A DNA stretch of 63,606 nucleotides, filler included, from Octopus bimaculoides (lineage: Eukaryota), in NCBI RefSeq assembly GCF_001194135.2. It is 4 parts of 3 records of this genome, joined end to end, with 100 filler letters (N's around TTAATTAATTAA, not from the genome) between each part and the next. Parts side by side here need not be neighbours in the genome. Positions count along the whole stretch, not along the records: positions 1 to 28,329 come from NC_068985.1; positions 28,430 to 45,074 come from NC_068985.1; 2 more parts are not named here. One strand, written 5' to 3'. Made by a program: the position numbers and the translations under genes. Numbering within the stretch: position 1 is the first letter of the stretch; each line of letters starts with the position of its first letter. The notes beneath the pieces are model-generated. The model ran no database searches, had not been told where the DNA came from, and was given only the letters and a program-made list of their open reading frames with translations. This document shows, one piece after another, positions 27,066 through 40,754 of the stretch.

Positions 27066-27494
27066 AGAGGTAGTATAGAACGAAAACAACGATATTTTTN
27101 NNNNNNNNNNNNNNNNNNNNNNNNNNNNNNNNNNNNNNNNNNNNNNNNNNNNNNNNNNNNNNNNNNNNNNNNNNNNNNNNNNNNNNNNNNNNNNNNNNNN
27201 NNNNNNNNNNNNNNNNNNNNNNNNNNNNNNNNNNNNNNNNNNNNNNNNNNNNNNNNNNNNNNNNNNNNNNNNNNNNNNNNNNNNNNNNNNNNNNNNNNNA
27301 AATAGAGTAGTCAAATAACTGAATGTTGTATTTGTTTCTGGAAATAAAATATTAAATTTTTCTTCAGCATATCTTAATTACATCTAGTTGCTTACAAATT
27401 AGAAAAATAATTATTTCAACATTTTCATGACAAAATATACAAAATATGAAAATATTGAGAGTTAAAACCGTCAACCGATACAGCAAATTATTGG

Positions 27495-27703
27495 TTTCTA
27501 ATTTCGGCACAAGGCCAGCAATTTCGAAGGAGTGGGTGAGTTGATTACATCGATTTCAGTACTCAACTGGTACTTATTTTATTGACTCCGAAAGGATGAA
27601 AGGCAAAGTCGACCTCGGTGGAATATAAACTCAGAACGTAAAGAGCCGAATAAAATGTCACTAAGCATCTTGTCCGCTGCGGTAGCGATTCTGCCAGCTT
27701 GCC

Positions 27704-27705
<2 letters not shown>
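27495..27705 (-). mobile_element. Family-A SINE
   Basis: GGTACTTATTTTATTGACTCCGAAAGGATGAAAGGCAAAGTCGACCTCGG...TAAGCATCTTGTCCG...CTGCCAGCTTGCC. Confidence 0.9.
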
Positions 27706-27771
<66 letters not shown>

Positions 27772-28329
27772 AAGTTTTATTTTTATAGCGTGCTTTCACT
27801 TCACTACCGAGCACAGCTCTGTTTGCCTTGAGTATGTACTGTGGTTTGTTGTGATGCTCTTATGGTTACTATATTGAAAGCGTTTTGCTTAGGATGTGTG
27901 CAGTGCCCAGTAGTGCAATTTTCTGTATGTTATATATATTTGTAAGTCCTGGTGTTTTTGTCATGTATTTGTCTGAATATTTTTTTTTATCATACCTAAG
28001 GCGCCTACTATGATAGGAATTGTTTCTGTTTTTAGATTCCACCTTCGAGTTACCTCTATTTCCAGGTTTTTGTATTTTGAAAGTTTCTCCATTTCTTTTA
28101 GGGAAACGTTGTCATCTGCTGGTATTGACACATCAATTAGAAAGCATCTTTTTCCTTCATGATCTCTGACGACAGAGCTGGGACCTACATACACTGGACG
28201 TTATGCCAACATTATGGAATAACAACAGAAAAAGATGGTATAGGCACACGCCAGAAAAGGTCACAGAAAACGAGAAGGCAACCATACTCTGGGATATGCC
28301 AATACACACAGATAGAGAAATTATGGCCC
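27703..28329 (-). mobile_element. R4/Dong-type element 3' end with (TAA)n tail and an inverted 5' segment
   Basis: Minus strand 28173 to 27870 reads VVRDHEGKRCFLIDVSIPADD..EKLSKY..PIIVGALG..IALLGTAHILSKTLSI*, followed by the 3' UTR and (TAA)n. Plus strand 28169-28329 reads DRAGTYIHWTLCQHYG..WYRHTPEKVTENEKATILWDMPIHTDREIMA. Confidence 0.9.
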
Positions 28330-28429
28330 NNNNNNNNNNNNNNNNNNNNNNNNNNNNNNNNNNNNNNNNNNNNTTAATTAATTAANNNNNNNNNNNNNNN
28401 NNNNNNNNNNNNNNNNNNNNNNNNNNNNN
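28330..28429. other. Artificial scaffold join: 44 N + TTAATTAATTAA + 44 N
   Basis: Palindromic 12-mer with stop codons in all six frames, centred in an exactly 100-nt gap. Identical constructs occur at 45075-45174 and 62419-62518. Confidence 0.95.
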
Positions 28430-29208
28430 ATACACAGCCGCATGCACATGCACACACATACACGCAGGAGTGTACACAGCAGCGCACATACACACAACAT
28501 ACACATACACACAAACACACACGCACGCACAGAAAACATACACATACACACACACGCACATACAAAATACACACACACGTACACGTACCCAACACCTACA
28601 ACCCCACACACTCAAATAAGCACCTGTTGACCTTCTACCTACACTGTCTATAGCGTCCACTAACCAGTCCTGATACTAATTTCTACCACTACGTCATACA
28701 CACACACACACAAACACACTAACAGATAAACCACCAAACCATGCACACACACACACACACNNNNNNNNNNNNNNNNNNNNNNNNNNNNNNNNNNNNNNNN
28801 NNNNNNNNNNNNNNNNNNNNNNNNNNNNNNNNNNNNNNNNNNNNNNNNNNNNNNNNNNNNNNNNNNNNNNNNNNNNNNNNNNNNNNNNNNNNNNNNNNNN
28901 NNNNNNNNNNNNNNNNNNNNNNNNNNNNNNNNNNNNNNNNNNNNNNNNNNNNNNNNNNNNNNNNNNNNNNNNNNNNNNNNNNNNNNNNNNNNNNNNNNNN
29001 NNNNNNNNNNNNNNNNNNNNNNNNNNNNNNNNNNNNNNNNNNNNNNNNNNNNNNNNNNNNNNNNNNNNNNNNNNNNNNNNNNNNNNNNNNNNNNNNNNNN
29101 NNNNNNNNNNNNNNNNNNNNNNNNNNNNNNNNNNNNNNNNNNNNNNNNNNNNNNNNNNNNNNNNNNNNNNNNNNNNNNNNNNNNNNNNNNNNNNNNNNNN
29201 NNNNNNNN

Positions 29209-29268
<60 letters not shown>

Positions 29269-29924
29269 GGAAACCTATACATGGTATTTATACCTTTACA
29301 GCAAAATGATGGATCTCACTCGGCCCTACACGCAAGAGGAGCGCACAGTATTAATGAACACACAATCATTAAAAAATGCTATGTCTGAAATGTTTTGACA
29401 AGTAGTAATGCTAACTAACATAGATAGCATTTCGGAAACCATGCCTAAGTGTATATATCCTTTCGGTGTTCTGAATATGCTTCAACTAGGATCAGTACAA
29501 GTCACTCCGAAAAAGCCTTCAAAACGATCATGTTACTGATCACAAATTACTAAACCCATCAGTTTGATTCACAAATACTTGCTCACACACTTATAAATTG
29601 TTAGGTATTTTATGCGTAGAACTGATTTCCTCTTTTTTTTTTCTTCAAACACCCCGCACCCTGACTCTAAATTACTACGCATTATAATCCCTTACTTATT
29701 AATGATACACCGGACAGCATTTTGAAAATAGAAATGTCTCATAAGTAATGTATTTTTCCCTAGTCATACCTGAATTCTAATCCTCCGATTGATATGCTTT
29801 TCAAATTTCAGTGAGGCATAGCCTCTAAATGAAATGGCATCTAGTCCATCTCACTCAATAAATTTTCATATATGCGTGAGTGTGTGTGTGTATGCGTGAG
29901 TGTGTGTGTTTGTGCGTATTTGTG

Positions 29925-30135
29925 TGTGTTCTTTTACTCTTTTACTTACTTCAGTCATTTGATGGCGGCCAGCTGGAGCAATACCATAAAGGGTTTTTCA
30001 GTCGAAGAACTCGGCCCCAAACTCATTCTTTGCAGGACCAGTACTTATTCTATTGGTCTATTTTACTGAACTGCTAAGTTAGAAGGACGTACACACACCA
30101 AGCGATGGCGGGAGGAGGACAAACACAGACATAAA
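29925..30135 (-). mobile_element. SINE family B, 3' half
   Basis: TTCTTTTACTCTTTTACTTACTTCAGTCATTTGATGGCGGCCAGCTGGAGC...AGTACTTATTCTATTGGTC...AAGCGATGGCGGGAGG. Confidence 0.85.
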
Positions 30136-31399
30136 TGAAAACACACATAAATATGTATAAATATGTATACGTATAATCGCATATACATCCGTGTGTGCGT
30201 GTGTTGCGTGCACGTGTGTTCGTGAGTGTATGAGTGCGTATGTATGTGTTTATGTAAGTGTATGTATATATATCTGCATACATAAATGTTTATACAGACT
30301 ACAATACCTGCCTGTGTACGTACGTTCATGTGATGGCGTTTTATCAAGACACATGGACACATACACATCCGTACAGAGTGTATTCAGAAAGAAAGATCCA
30401 TCAAGCGAAAAATATTAATGTAAACGTGCTTATGTACAATTAGAGACAAGGTTATTTAGAAATTGTATGAAGGGTTAATGCTTGAATGCATAACAATATA
30501 TATTCATGCGTATCTGACTATCTTTATACAGTAGTGATTTATATGCATGAATACATACATAAACTCTTTAATCCATTCCTTATACGCTGGCATAAATACT
30601 TGAATTTTTCACTCCGATATTCGTAACAGAAATATAGAGTTGACGTTTTTAATTGGACTTTTCTTCTCCTAACACTACCCCTCCATTATTAAATGTCAAA
30701 TAGCGATGTTGTCAGATTATTTTACCCTTCACCATTAATTCATTTCTCTATTCTTTCTTAATCTTTAATTATCCGCATATGCTGACTTTTAAACAATCAT
30801 GCTTTGCTGGCTGCATATCCGTTCACATAGTGCAGTTAAATTACACCCAGTTAGCCTTTCTATACAATAGCCCATAAATATTTTTATATGCAATTAACTT
30901 CCAATGCATCTAGTTTACGCTGAGGTGGCCTACATTATTTACAATTCAGTTCCTGTAGCCTCTTCCATGACATTCCATTATATTGTGTCTGTCTCTATTT
31001 GAATCTTTGAATCTTTTGCTACATCTCTATTGCACCCACAATTTTGCTGTATTTTATTACGCTCCAATTCAATTCTTCAATATAGCTGACAAACTTTTGA
31101 CTATCTATATGAGTGACACTCTTACAATCTTTCGTTCTCCTCCCCCTCTCTCTCTGCTACATGCATTAATGTGTGTGTGTGTGTGCGTGCGCGCGCGCGT
31201 TTATGGTCATATATTTACATCAGCTTTCATTGTTGGTGTAGATTCATGGTCCGCTTTAGATCTTGTTCTGGTTTACGTGCAGCGATGAGAACACGCCACT
31301 GTTACTCGTTCCGTTTACTTCTTATGTTATCTACACGGGTGTTTCCCATGTTAACGCCAACCTCAATATAGAGTGTTTAGTTGTATTTTTGTGATTTCA

Positions 31400-31560
31400 G
31401 CACTAAAGAAAATATGGTGCCCCTGTCTAGACAAGACTGAAACATATAACTTCCTTCGTTCGTCCACCAGTCTTTCAGATGGATTGCCTGCATTATATCG
31501 TAGTACTAATAATTGTGAAATCGACTGACTGTGGGATTCTGCTTGCTTTAAGCTGTTACC
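31400..31560 (+). mobile_element. Possible RTE RT C-terminal fragment
   Basis: YGAPV*T...VFQMDCLHYI resembles YGAETWT...FQMRCLR. Confidence 0.35.
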
Positions 31561-31566
31561 ACTTGT

Positions 31567-31975
31567 TACCTTTATCAAAGGCAAAATGACAGAAACATCC
31601 AACGTTAATCTTCACCAGCAGAATGTCATAAAGGAGTTAAAACCAGCGGAGAACTACTACTACCTAGGGTTATTTAAAAGTGATGGAATCAAACGTTCAA
31701 TGATGAAGGAACGGATCAGAAGAGAATGTAAGCGCAGGGTAAGTGCAATACTCACGACAAAGCTGAATGCAAGAAACAAGATCGAAGCGATTAATACTTT
31801 AGGCATACCGGTCATAACTTACAGTTTCAATATAATTAACTGGTCAATTACTGAAATATGTAATATTGACAAAAAAATACGAAAATGGTTGACCATGCTT
31901 AGAATGCACCACCCTAAGCCAGATACAGAATGACTTTACCTGACAAGAAAATTCAACGATGTGAACATCAGTATA
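31567..31975 (+). mobile_element. R4/Dong-type RT fragment (same subfamily as 43351-44835)
   Basis: FIKGKMTETSNVNL..YYLG..KLNARNKIEAINTLGIPVITYSFNIINWS..IDKKIRK.LT..RMHHPK. The DNA aligns visibly with 43441-43800. Confidence 0.9.
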
Positions 31976-32554
31976 NNNNNNNNNNNNNNNNNNNNNNNNN
32001 NNNNNNNNNNNNNNNNNNNNNNNNNNNNNNNNNNNNNNNNNNNNNNNNNNNNNNNNNNNNNNNNNNNNNNNNNNNNNNNNNNNNNNNNNNNNNNNNNNNN
32101 NNNNNNNNNNNNNNNNNNNNNNNNNNNNNNNNNNNNNNNNNNNNNNNNNNNNNNNNNNNNNNTATATATATTATTATTATTATTTTTTTTTATCAGTAAT
32201 TAAGAGTACAACAAGTTGAACTGGTTCTTTTCAAGCCCAAGATCAGCGCTGTTATTGATCGCTAGTAGTAGTAAACACGTTTGACCTTTGCTGACCCCAA
32301 GGGTTGCGGCCTCTTATGTCTGCTTATCGCACATGAATGCCCACCGCTGATCTTCTCACCATCTGCCGAATGTATTTACAGTCCTGTAGAATTTGGTCTA
32401 TTCACCAAGCTGCTCCTCTTCCTCCTACTGTCAAGACGTTTGCAATACCAGTGATTGTTGGAGCAATTGAAATGATCAATAAAGAAACTAAAAAATAGTT
32501 GAGAATGACCACTGGATTACCATTGAAGCGGGGAGCATAAAAGATAGTATTAAG

Positions 32555-32705
32555 TGTTAACTGTAAACGTAAAGAGACTTATATGAAAAGAAAGAATAGT
32601 GGCAGAGGACGGATTAGTATAGACCATTGTATAAGGGGTGAATATAGAAAGCTTGCCGAGTATTCGATAAATAGTGACGTAGATCTGCTGCAATATACAG
32701 GGACC
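32555..32705 (+). mobile_element. Short R4/Dong fragment homologous to 35040-35185
   Basis: RLYMKRKNSGRGRISIDHCIRGEYRKLAEYSINSDVDLLQY versus the 35050 copy RLYMK*KNGGKGLISIEHCIRSDRRTLAEYLMNSDEDLLQY. Confidence 0.8.
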
Positions 32706-32844
32706 CATATTATTACTGATATTTTTAAATGCTATAGGTAGAACGATGGTGATAATGATAATCCCTGTGGTTATGGAGGGGACAAAATGCAAGCACGTTA
32801 TTTATATATATGTGTATATACATACATGAGCACGTGTATATACA

Positions 32845-35800
32845 AATATGGAGAAGGAGAGATGGGATCTCAATGACAACTCTCGTGGGAAACCCTCGAA
32901 CGATTAAGGAAACCATGATGCAATACGACAAGGAGAGAATTTACGGCGAGAACGAAGCTATAGCCGACCATAGTGAAGGTTTCCTGCCCTGGACGTCCAA
33001 AACCACCCGCATCAAGGCAGTGATCTGGCCTGGAGTGTTTAGGATGAAGAGTTACTTAACTGGTGTAGACATATCTCGGATTAATGAGAGCCTGAGAGAC
33101 CCTGCGGATGGACTAGAAAAAAATGGTCGGAGTTGAAAACGGAGAGGAAGGAGTTCAAAGCAGAGAGAAGCGTAGACAGGAGAATCAGGGAAATGGTAAC
33201 GTGACTGTTAACGATGAGGAACAGGAACGTTGTACAGTGAAACTTGATAATCTGTGGGGTGGACATGCAGGGGAAATGAACCAACTAGATAATGAATTGC
33301 TTGAAATTCAAAGACGACTCGCCGACTTGATGAATGCTCCAGAAGAAAAAATCCCGATGAATATGAGAAGGGTAGATAGGAATATGATAAATAAAGTAAC
33401 ATAAAAGCTAAATACTGTCATACCCTGCATCAAGACGGAAGGCATAAAGCAGACAAGGAATCGTCTCCGAGCTATTGCGCTAATTGTTGAGAAGAAATAC
33501 CAACTTAAGAGAACAAAAAATAGTGGAGCAAAAGAACCATGGTGGAAACGACGCATTGAAAGGGATAGAATACGGGCAAGGCAAGACCTAAGAAAAATTG
33601 AGTGATGGTTAAAGGGAAACTGGAAAAATGGGATAAAAGACCGACCGAGAAAAAATAGAGAAGAAATATAAAATACGGAAGAACGGGTTTGATGCAGTAA
33701 TAGAGCAGTTAAAATACAGGATCATGGTAAAAAGCAAGAAGATCAGAACATTTGTGAACAGAAATAAGCATTTCGAGAACAGATTGTTCAAAAATAAACC
33801 GAAGCAACTCTTTCGAACGTGAAAAGGAGACAATGGGGAAAATGTTGCTCCTGATGCAAATAAAGCCAAGAAGTTCTGGAGCGATTTATGGAGAAACAAT
33901 GTGGTGCATAAATGGATGCAATGTGGATAGGAACTATCAAGACAGAATCACAGGTGATGTTAAAGAATAAGTGGGTAAAGTGCCTAACTCGAAAGCAGCC
34001 CAATTGAATGAGTGTGTCCGGAATGGTACAGTCCCCGCGTCGATGGTGACTGGGAGGACATCACTTATAATGATAGATAGAAGAAAGGAATATTGTGGGA
34101 AACTACCGTCCCATAGCATACCTAAACATAATTTGGAAGATACTCACTGAGATATGTGCGGCAAAGACACACACTTTCCTGGAAGTGGAAGAAATACTAC
34201 CAAGGGAACAAAGAGGACGTAGAAAGAGTTCTCAGGGTACCAAGTATCGCCTGGTCATCGATAAAACAGTTTTGAGTCATTGTAAAAACATCATACAAGC
34301 ATGTCTATGACTTGGATTGACTTTAAGAAGGCATATGATATAATGCCTCATTCTTGGATCGTTGAATGCCTGCAGATGTTTGGTGTTGCTGACAGCATCA
34401 CAAATTTTCTGATGCATTGCATGAAACAGTGGAAAACCAAATTGTACTCAAGTAATGTATTCCTTGGAGAAGTTAATATTAAAAGGGAAATCTTCCAATG
34501 TGACTCGTTTTCTCTGTTACTATTTGTAATGGCCCTAATACCCATAACAATGACACTTAGAAAAGTTAAGATGAATTACCTATGTAGGAAAAAAGGCATA
34601 TCACAGAACCATCTTCTGTTTATGGATGGCCTAAAATTGTTTGGGAAATCAGACAGATTCCTTAACCGAAACAGTGCAGAAGTGTAGTAGAAACATCGGT
34701 ATGGAATTTGGATTACCAAATGCTCAGTACTTAATATGAAAAGAGGGAAGAAAGCATCCTGCAGAGGATAGCGGTTACCGGTATTAGCGGGTGTAGATAT
34801 TTAGGGATTTTGGAGCTGGATGACATTCTACACAGAGAAATGAAAGTCAAGATCAGTCAGGCGTTTCAAAAGAGGGTGAAGATGGTGTAGAGATCGAACT
34901 TGAATGCCAAAAATTGGATTACCGCAACAAATATCTTGGTAGTTGCGGTGCGTCCATCCTAAAATGAACTAAACATAAATATCAACAGTGGATACAAGGA
35001 CGAGAAAGTTGATGACGCTGAATGGGGCGCTACACGCTGAAGCAAACATAATCAGACTGTATATGAAATGAAAGAATGGTGGCAAAGGACTAATTAGTAT
35101 AGAGCATTGTATAAGGAGTGACAGGAGAACGCTTGCCGAGTATTTGATGAATAGTGATGAAGACCTGCTGCAATATGCCGCGAAAGGTATGTGTGTAAAC
35201 GCAGATAAAATGATGGGCAAGGAAGAGCTGAGCAGAAGAGAAAAGAAGACCTTCTGAAAATGAGAATACATGGACAGTTTGAAAGGAATACACATGACGT
35301 TAAGGATAATACAGCATCAAAGGGATTGGCTTGAGCGAGGTGATTTGAAGCGTACTACCGAAAGCTTGATCATTGCTGCACAAGATCAGGCTCTCACCAC
35401 CAGTTCAGTGAAGTATCACATCGATAAATCTACTGACACCCAGAAATGCAGACTCTGTGAATAGAGTTTGGAAAATGTGACGCACTTGCTAAGTGGTTGT
35501 AAGAGCCTTGCACAAAATTAAAGCAAGCGCCACCACGATAAAGTGTGTGTGTATCTTCATTGACTCTTGTGCCGTAAATACCAATATGAAGTAATAAAGA
35601 ACTGGTATGAGCATGTACCAAGTAAAGTTATGCAGGAGGATGGAAAAGTAACTCTACTCTGGGACTATTATTTTTAAACGGATCGTATAATCGAACACCA
35701 TCGACTGGATTGTGTCATATAGAGTAAGAGAGACAAATACTGTCAGATGATTAATGTAGCCATACCAAATGTCATGAATGTTATGAGTAAAGAGGGTGAA

Positions 35801-36117
35801 AAAATCACCAAGTACTCTGAACTGAAAGTAGAAATGGCAAGACTGTATGGAATGCGAGAGGGTAAGGTAAAAGTGGTACCAGTGGTGATCTGGTGAACGG
35901 AGTGTTGGGCTCAATCCCATTGAAACTTCAAGACTTCTTAAGGCAACTGGAAATCCTATGCAAGATTGATGAAGCAACCTTATTGGGCATAGCGCACATC
36001 TTAAGGAAAGTATTATCTGTCTGAGGTCCTTATTGTGACTTAATAGATGATTAAAGACTCCGGTGCATGTTTACCTACACTGTGTTACGAAGGAATAATA
36101 ATAATAATAATAATGAT
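32845..36117 (+). mobile_element. Near full-length degenerate R4/Dong-type non-LTR retrotransposon (RT, CCHC, restriction-like endonuclease, (TAA)n tail)
   Basis: EPWWKRRIE, NYRPIAYLN..WK, EQRG.RK.SQGTK, MTWIDFKKAYD..PHSWI, HLLFMDGLKLFG, LIIAAQDQAL, CRLC...VTHLLSGC, WYEHVP and LWDY..KVVPVVI..LRKVLSV* (about 36024). A short UTR and then (TAA)n follow at 36094. The 5' boundary is uncertain. Confidence 0.92.
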
Positions 36118-36262
36118 AAAAACCCTATCAGTTTAAATGTCTTTCTCGTATGACATGAAGATATTTCGCTACCCCTGCCACATCCCCTCCCCAAACTTTC
36201 AGTCATACTGTAACATCTCTTATCCTTCACTCTCCCTAGGACTAACATGCAGATTAAAAGTA

Positions 36263-36315
<53 letters not shown>

Positions 36316-37287
36316 TAATAATAATAATAAGTTCCTTTTTATATCCATGGGCAGATGGAATACGTATCAAATAACAAAATGCATAGAATGTGAATTGGCT
36401 GACCAGTATATAATGAAGATGAAATATTTGAACGAAGTCTATTTGCAATAACGTGAATTTCTATATCGACACCATTTTATCATGTCTTAAAATATAATTC
36501 TCATTGTTAGGTGAACGATCTCCAGAAAGCTAGAGAATTGTTTCTTTGCCAAATGTAATTTCGTCTCTTATTGCGACTGAAGCTAAACATTTATTTTGGA
36601 CATTTCATTGATTCTGCCTTAGGTGTCAATAACGTTTCACTTATTACTTAATGAGCTACATGCCTACATTGAAACACATGTGCAATTCTCACGCTACAGA
36701 ATACACGCTAACAATTTCAGTCTGTTCCTACCTGTTAGATTAGTTCGATACTTTACTTGTTCAAAGAAACAGAATAATTTGCAGAATGAGCGGAAGTATT
36801 ACTCAGGGGTATCTTTTAAATCTAGTATAATAGAAAAATAGCGATGCGAAAGTAATTCGTGTTATTTCTTATGGTTTCTTTTATTTTATGTTTATTTTTT
36901 GTTAGTAATTCTCTTTTGCGTGCGCCTAGTGAGATTCTATTTGAAGTTGTTCTCATTTTCAGAGGAACATTGAACCTGGTAAGATAAACAAGAAATGTAT
37001 CAATATACCAAGAAGTGTAAATATTCATATCTGTCATTAGAGGTTATGCTAGACATAAGATCAAAATAATAGCATGCTTTTAGATCACATCTTAAGTAAA
37101 GATTATTATTAGGGAAGGTGTTTAATATGTAAGAGCAATAATTTATTAAATGTAAAATTAAAATTATTTAAAATTGGAAGAACCGAATAGGCTGTAATAT
37201 CAATACAGTATTTAAACTGAATGTATGCATTACATGAACGCAGGAGTACTATATTCTATTTAGAAGCCTACGTAATGTATGTATGTT

Positions 37288-37354
<67 letters not shown>

Positions 37355-37409
37355 CCCTCTCTCCATATCTATAAATTCGTGGTTGGTCCAAAATCCTAAC
37401 CAGACCTAG

Positions 37410-39290
37410 GGTGACATAGCGGTGGATCAATGTGATTAACAGGGCAATTAAAGCAAAGAACCAGGCTTCGAAGAAGTGGAAGTGTGGTGGTAGCAATGAG
37501 CTATATCAAGCAGTTAGAAGGGAAGCTAGGAAGCAGGTATACTTAGCCTGGGGCGAAACACAAAGGAAGAAGTTTGCCAATGTTCTGCAAAGTGAGGAAC
37601 AGCGGATTTAGGTGTTTCGGTTTGCAAGACAGTGTGCCAGGGAAAATTGTGATATTGTTGGAGAGAAATATGCTTGAATGGATGATGGTTCACTTGCAGT
37701 TAGTATTTCTGCAAAGAATGAGGCTATGAAAGGCTATTAAATGTTGAGAGCTCGTGGGAGAAGAAGAGTCTGCCTCATGTTGCTCAAGCAGGGAGACCAG
37801 CAATCCCAAAAGGCAGTAGCGTTGTAGATGAAGCCATGAAGGATATGAAGACGAGGAAAGCCCCAGCCCATCAGGCTGAGATGCTTAAGATATCTGGCGC
37901 TCTGGGTTATGCTCTATGTAATTAATTTGGTAGTACATGAAGGAGTAATACTCAATGACTGGTGTAGCAGCACCTTAGTCAACTGCTACAAGGTTAAAGG
38001 TGAGGCCTTACATAGAAATAATCACAGAAATATCAAATTGTTGGATCAGGTAATGAAAGTCAAAAAGGGGGACACAACCCAACTAATTTGGGAGAGAGTT
38101 AGTCTAGATGAGATGCAGTTTGGCTTTGTGCCAGAGATAAGCATCACTGATACTATATTTCTAGTGAGGAAGCCGCAGAAGTACTTAGCCAAAGATAAAC
38201 CCCTGTACTTGGCTTTTGTTGACAGGCAGAAAACCTTTGACAGGGTCCCCGATCCTTTATTTTGTGCTCAATGCTGAAAGTAGGGATAGACAAGTGCTTC
38301 GTGAGAGCTGTATAAGTCATTTACACGGATGCAGTCAGTAAGGTGAGGGTCGGCAACAAGTAGCTCAATGAATTCAGGGTACAAGTAGGGGTTCACCAAG
38401 AATATATCTGTATCCCACTCCTGTTTATCATAATCTTTTAGGCAATTACAGGGGAATTTAAGACGGGCTGCCTCTGGGACCACCCTTATGCTGATGATCT
38501 TGTTCATAAAGCTGATTCACTATCAGAACTAGAGAAGAAATTTCAGGTGTGGAAACAAGGTTTAGAATCAAATGGACTTAGAGTTAACCAGAAAAAACTC
38601 AAAGATTTAGTATGTAGGGAAGCTATGAAATCACAAATGCCTTCAGGTAGATGATCCTACTCGATATATAGGTAAGGTGCAAGTAGAAATTACACAAGAT
38701 GTACACGATGCAATCTATGGAGACATCATAAGAGATGCAGCAATATCAGAGGAAGGTTAACTTGGAAAATAATTTTTAAGTGCGGAATGTGCACAGATAC
38801 AATAAACTCTAAAATATACTGAAAATGACAGTAGGATAATCTAGAGGTAGTTGATAGCTTTTGTTATCTAGGTGACTATGTCAGTAGGGGAGGTGGATGC
38901 TCCGAGAGTGTAGCTACGAGAATTAGAATAGGCTGGGTAAAGTTCAGAGAATCCCTACCTCTCTTGGCAGCAAAGAGCTTATCCCTCAGAGTGAAAGGCA
39001 GACTGTATGATACTTGTGTGCGAACGTTATGCCACAGGGCACTGGAACAAAGGCTTTGACCGCAGAGGCCATGTGCAGGCGTGAAATAAATGAAGTTAGG
39101 ATGCTTTGCTGGATGTGCAATGTCAGTGTGCATTTACGACAGAGTGTAAGCGTCTTGAGGGAAACGTTGAGCGTAAGAAGCATAAGATGTGGTGTGCAAG
39201 AGTGACGACTGTGCTAGTATAGTCACATGATGCGTATGCACGAGGACAATTGTTTAGAGAACTACCGATTTCTAGCTATGGAAGGTTGGC
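37410..39290 (+). mobile_element. RTE-clade LINE, older degenerate copy
   Basis: NDWCSSTLVNCYKVKG, DEMQFGFVP, LYLAFVD..KTFDRVP, YADDL, FCYLGD and RIRIGWVKFRE. Homologous to 45202-47800 but more disrupted. Confidence 0.92.
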
Positions 39291-39309
39291 GTTAGATAAT
39301 CAGATGGGT

Positions 39310-39415
39310 ATTCCCGTCTTCCATATGAGTAATTTTTTCTCAACTACAACTGTTCTTTCTACACTCCAACGCCATTGACTGTCCAGCAATACATCAAGCT
39401 CTACCTGAAAAAAGG
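39310..39415 (-). mobile_element. Fragment of the maT-like element seen at 56509-57332
   Basis: TTTTTCTCAACTACAAC...CCATTGACTGT..CAATACATCAAGCT.TACCTGAAA matches 57200-57295. Confidence 0.6.
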
Positions 39416-39504
39416 TGACGTGTATTTATGCATCTCTCCCACTGCCTCTAGGCATATAATGTATATATATATGCATGCATATACACACAATCACAAACAA
39501 TATG

Positions 39505-39548
<44 letters not shown>

Positions 39549-40400
39549 NNNNNNNNNNNNNNNNNNNNNNNNNNNNNNNNNNNNNNNNNNNNNNNNNNNN
39601 NNNNNNNNNNNNNNNNNNNNNNNNNNNNNNNNNNNNNNNNNNNNNNNNNNNNNNNNNNNNNNNNNNNNNNNNNNNNNNNNNNNNNNNNNNNNNNNNNNNN
39701 NNNNNNNNNNNNNNNNNNNNNNNNNNNNNNNNNNNNNNNNNNNNNNNNNNNNNNNNNNNNNNNNNNNNNNNNNNNNNNNNNNNNNNNNNNNNNNNNNNNN
39801 NNNNNNNNNNNNNNNNNNNNNNNNNNNNNNNNNNNNNNNNNNNNNNNNNNNNNNNNNNNNNNNNNNNNNNNNNNNNNNNNNNNNNNNNNNNNNNNNNNNN
39901 NNNNNNNNNNNNNNNNNNNNNNNNNNNNNNNNNNNNNNNNNNNNNNNNNNNNNNNNNNNNNNNNNNNNNNNNNNNNNNNNNNNNNNNNNNNNNNNNNNNN
40001 NNNNNNNNNNNNNNNNNNNNNNNNNNNNNNNNNNNNNNNNNNNNNNNNNNNNNNNNNNNNNNNNNNNNNNNNNNNNNNNNNNNNNNNNNNNNNNNNNNNN
40101 NNNNNNNNNNNNNNNNNNNNNNNNNNNNNNNNNNNNNNNNNNNNNNNNNNNNNNNNNNNNNNNNNNNNNNNNNNNNNNNNNNNNNNNNNNNNNNNNNNNN
40201 NNNNNNNNNNNNNNNNNNNNNNNNNNNNNNNNNNNNNNNNNNNNNNNNNNNNNNNNNNNNNNNNNNNNNNNNNNNNNNNNNNNNNNNNNNNNNNNNNNNN
40301 NNNNNNNNNNNNNNNNNNNNNNNNNNNNNNNNNNNNNNNNNNNNNNNNNNNNNNNNNNNNNNNNNNNNNNNNNNNNNNNNNNNNNNNNNNNNNNNNNNNN

Positions 40401-40705
40401 TGTAGCTTTCAATGCCAAAATTTGGCACAATTCCTTCCAGGATCTTCCAGATGTATATTACTGCATACCTCTCCCGCCTTCTCTCCAGGGAGTAGAGTCT
40501 TAGCTGATTCAGCCTTTCCCAGTAGCTGAGCAGTTGCAAAGAGACAATCTTCTTTGTGAATCTCCTCTGGATTGCTTCAAGGTCTGCTGTTAATTTCAGA
40601 CTGGTGGGTGACCACAGCTGTGAGCAGTAATCCAGGCGGCTGAGCACGAATGTCCTCCAGAGGATCATCATGATTTCCTTATCTCTGGTTCTGAATGTTC
40701 TCATA
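40401..40705 (-). mobile_element. CR1/L2-type LINE C-terminal fragment
   Basis: RTFRTRDKEIMMILWRTFVLSRLDYCSQLWSP..LEAIQRRFTK..SYWERL..LRLYSLERRRERY. Confidence 0.9.
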
Positions 40706-40754
40706 CATACATACACCTACATATATTTATATGTACACCAGAGGAAACATATCA

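Noticed and set aside
29302-29397. Acceptor CCTTTACAG followed by KMMDLTRPYTQEERTVLMNTQSLKNAMSEMF
   Set aside because: Short, with only a weak donor, no recognised homology and no compatible partner exon.
32960-33060. Possible HDV-like ribozyme near the 5' end of the long Dong copy
   Set aside because: I could not build the nested double pseudoknot by eye. A descriptor search would be needed.
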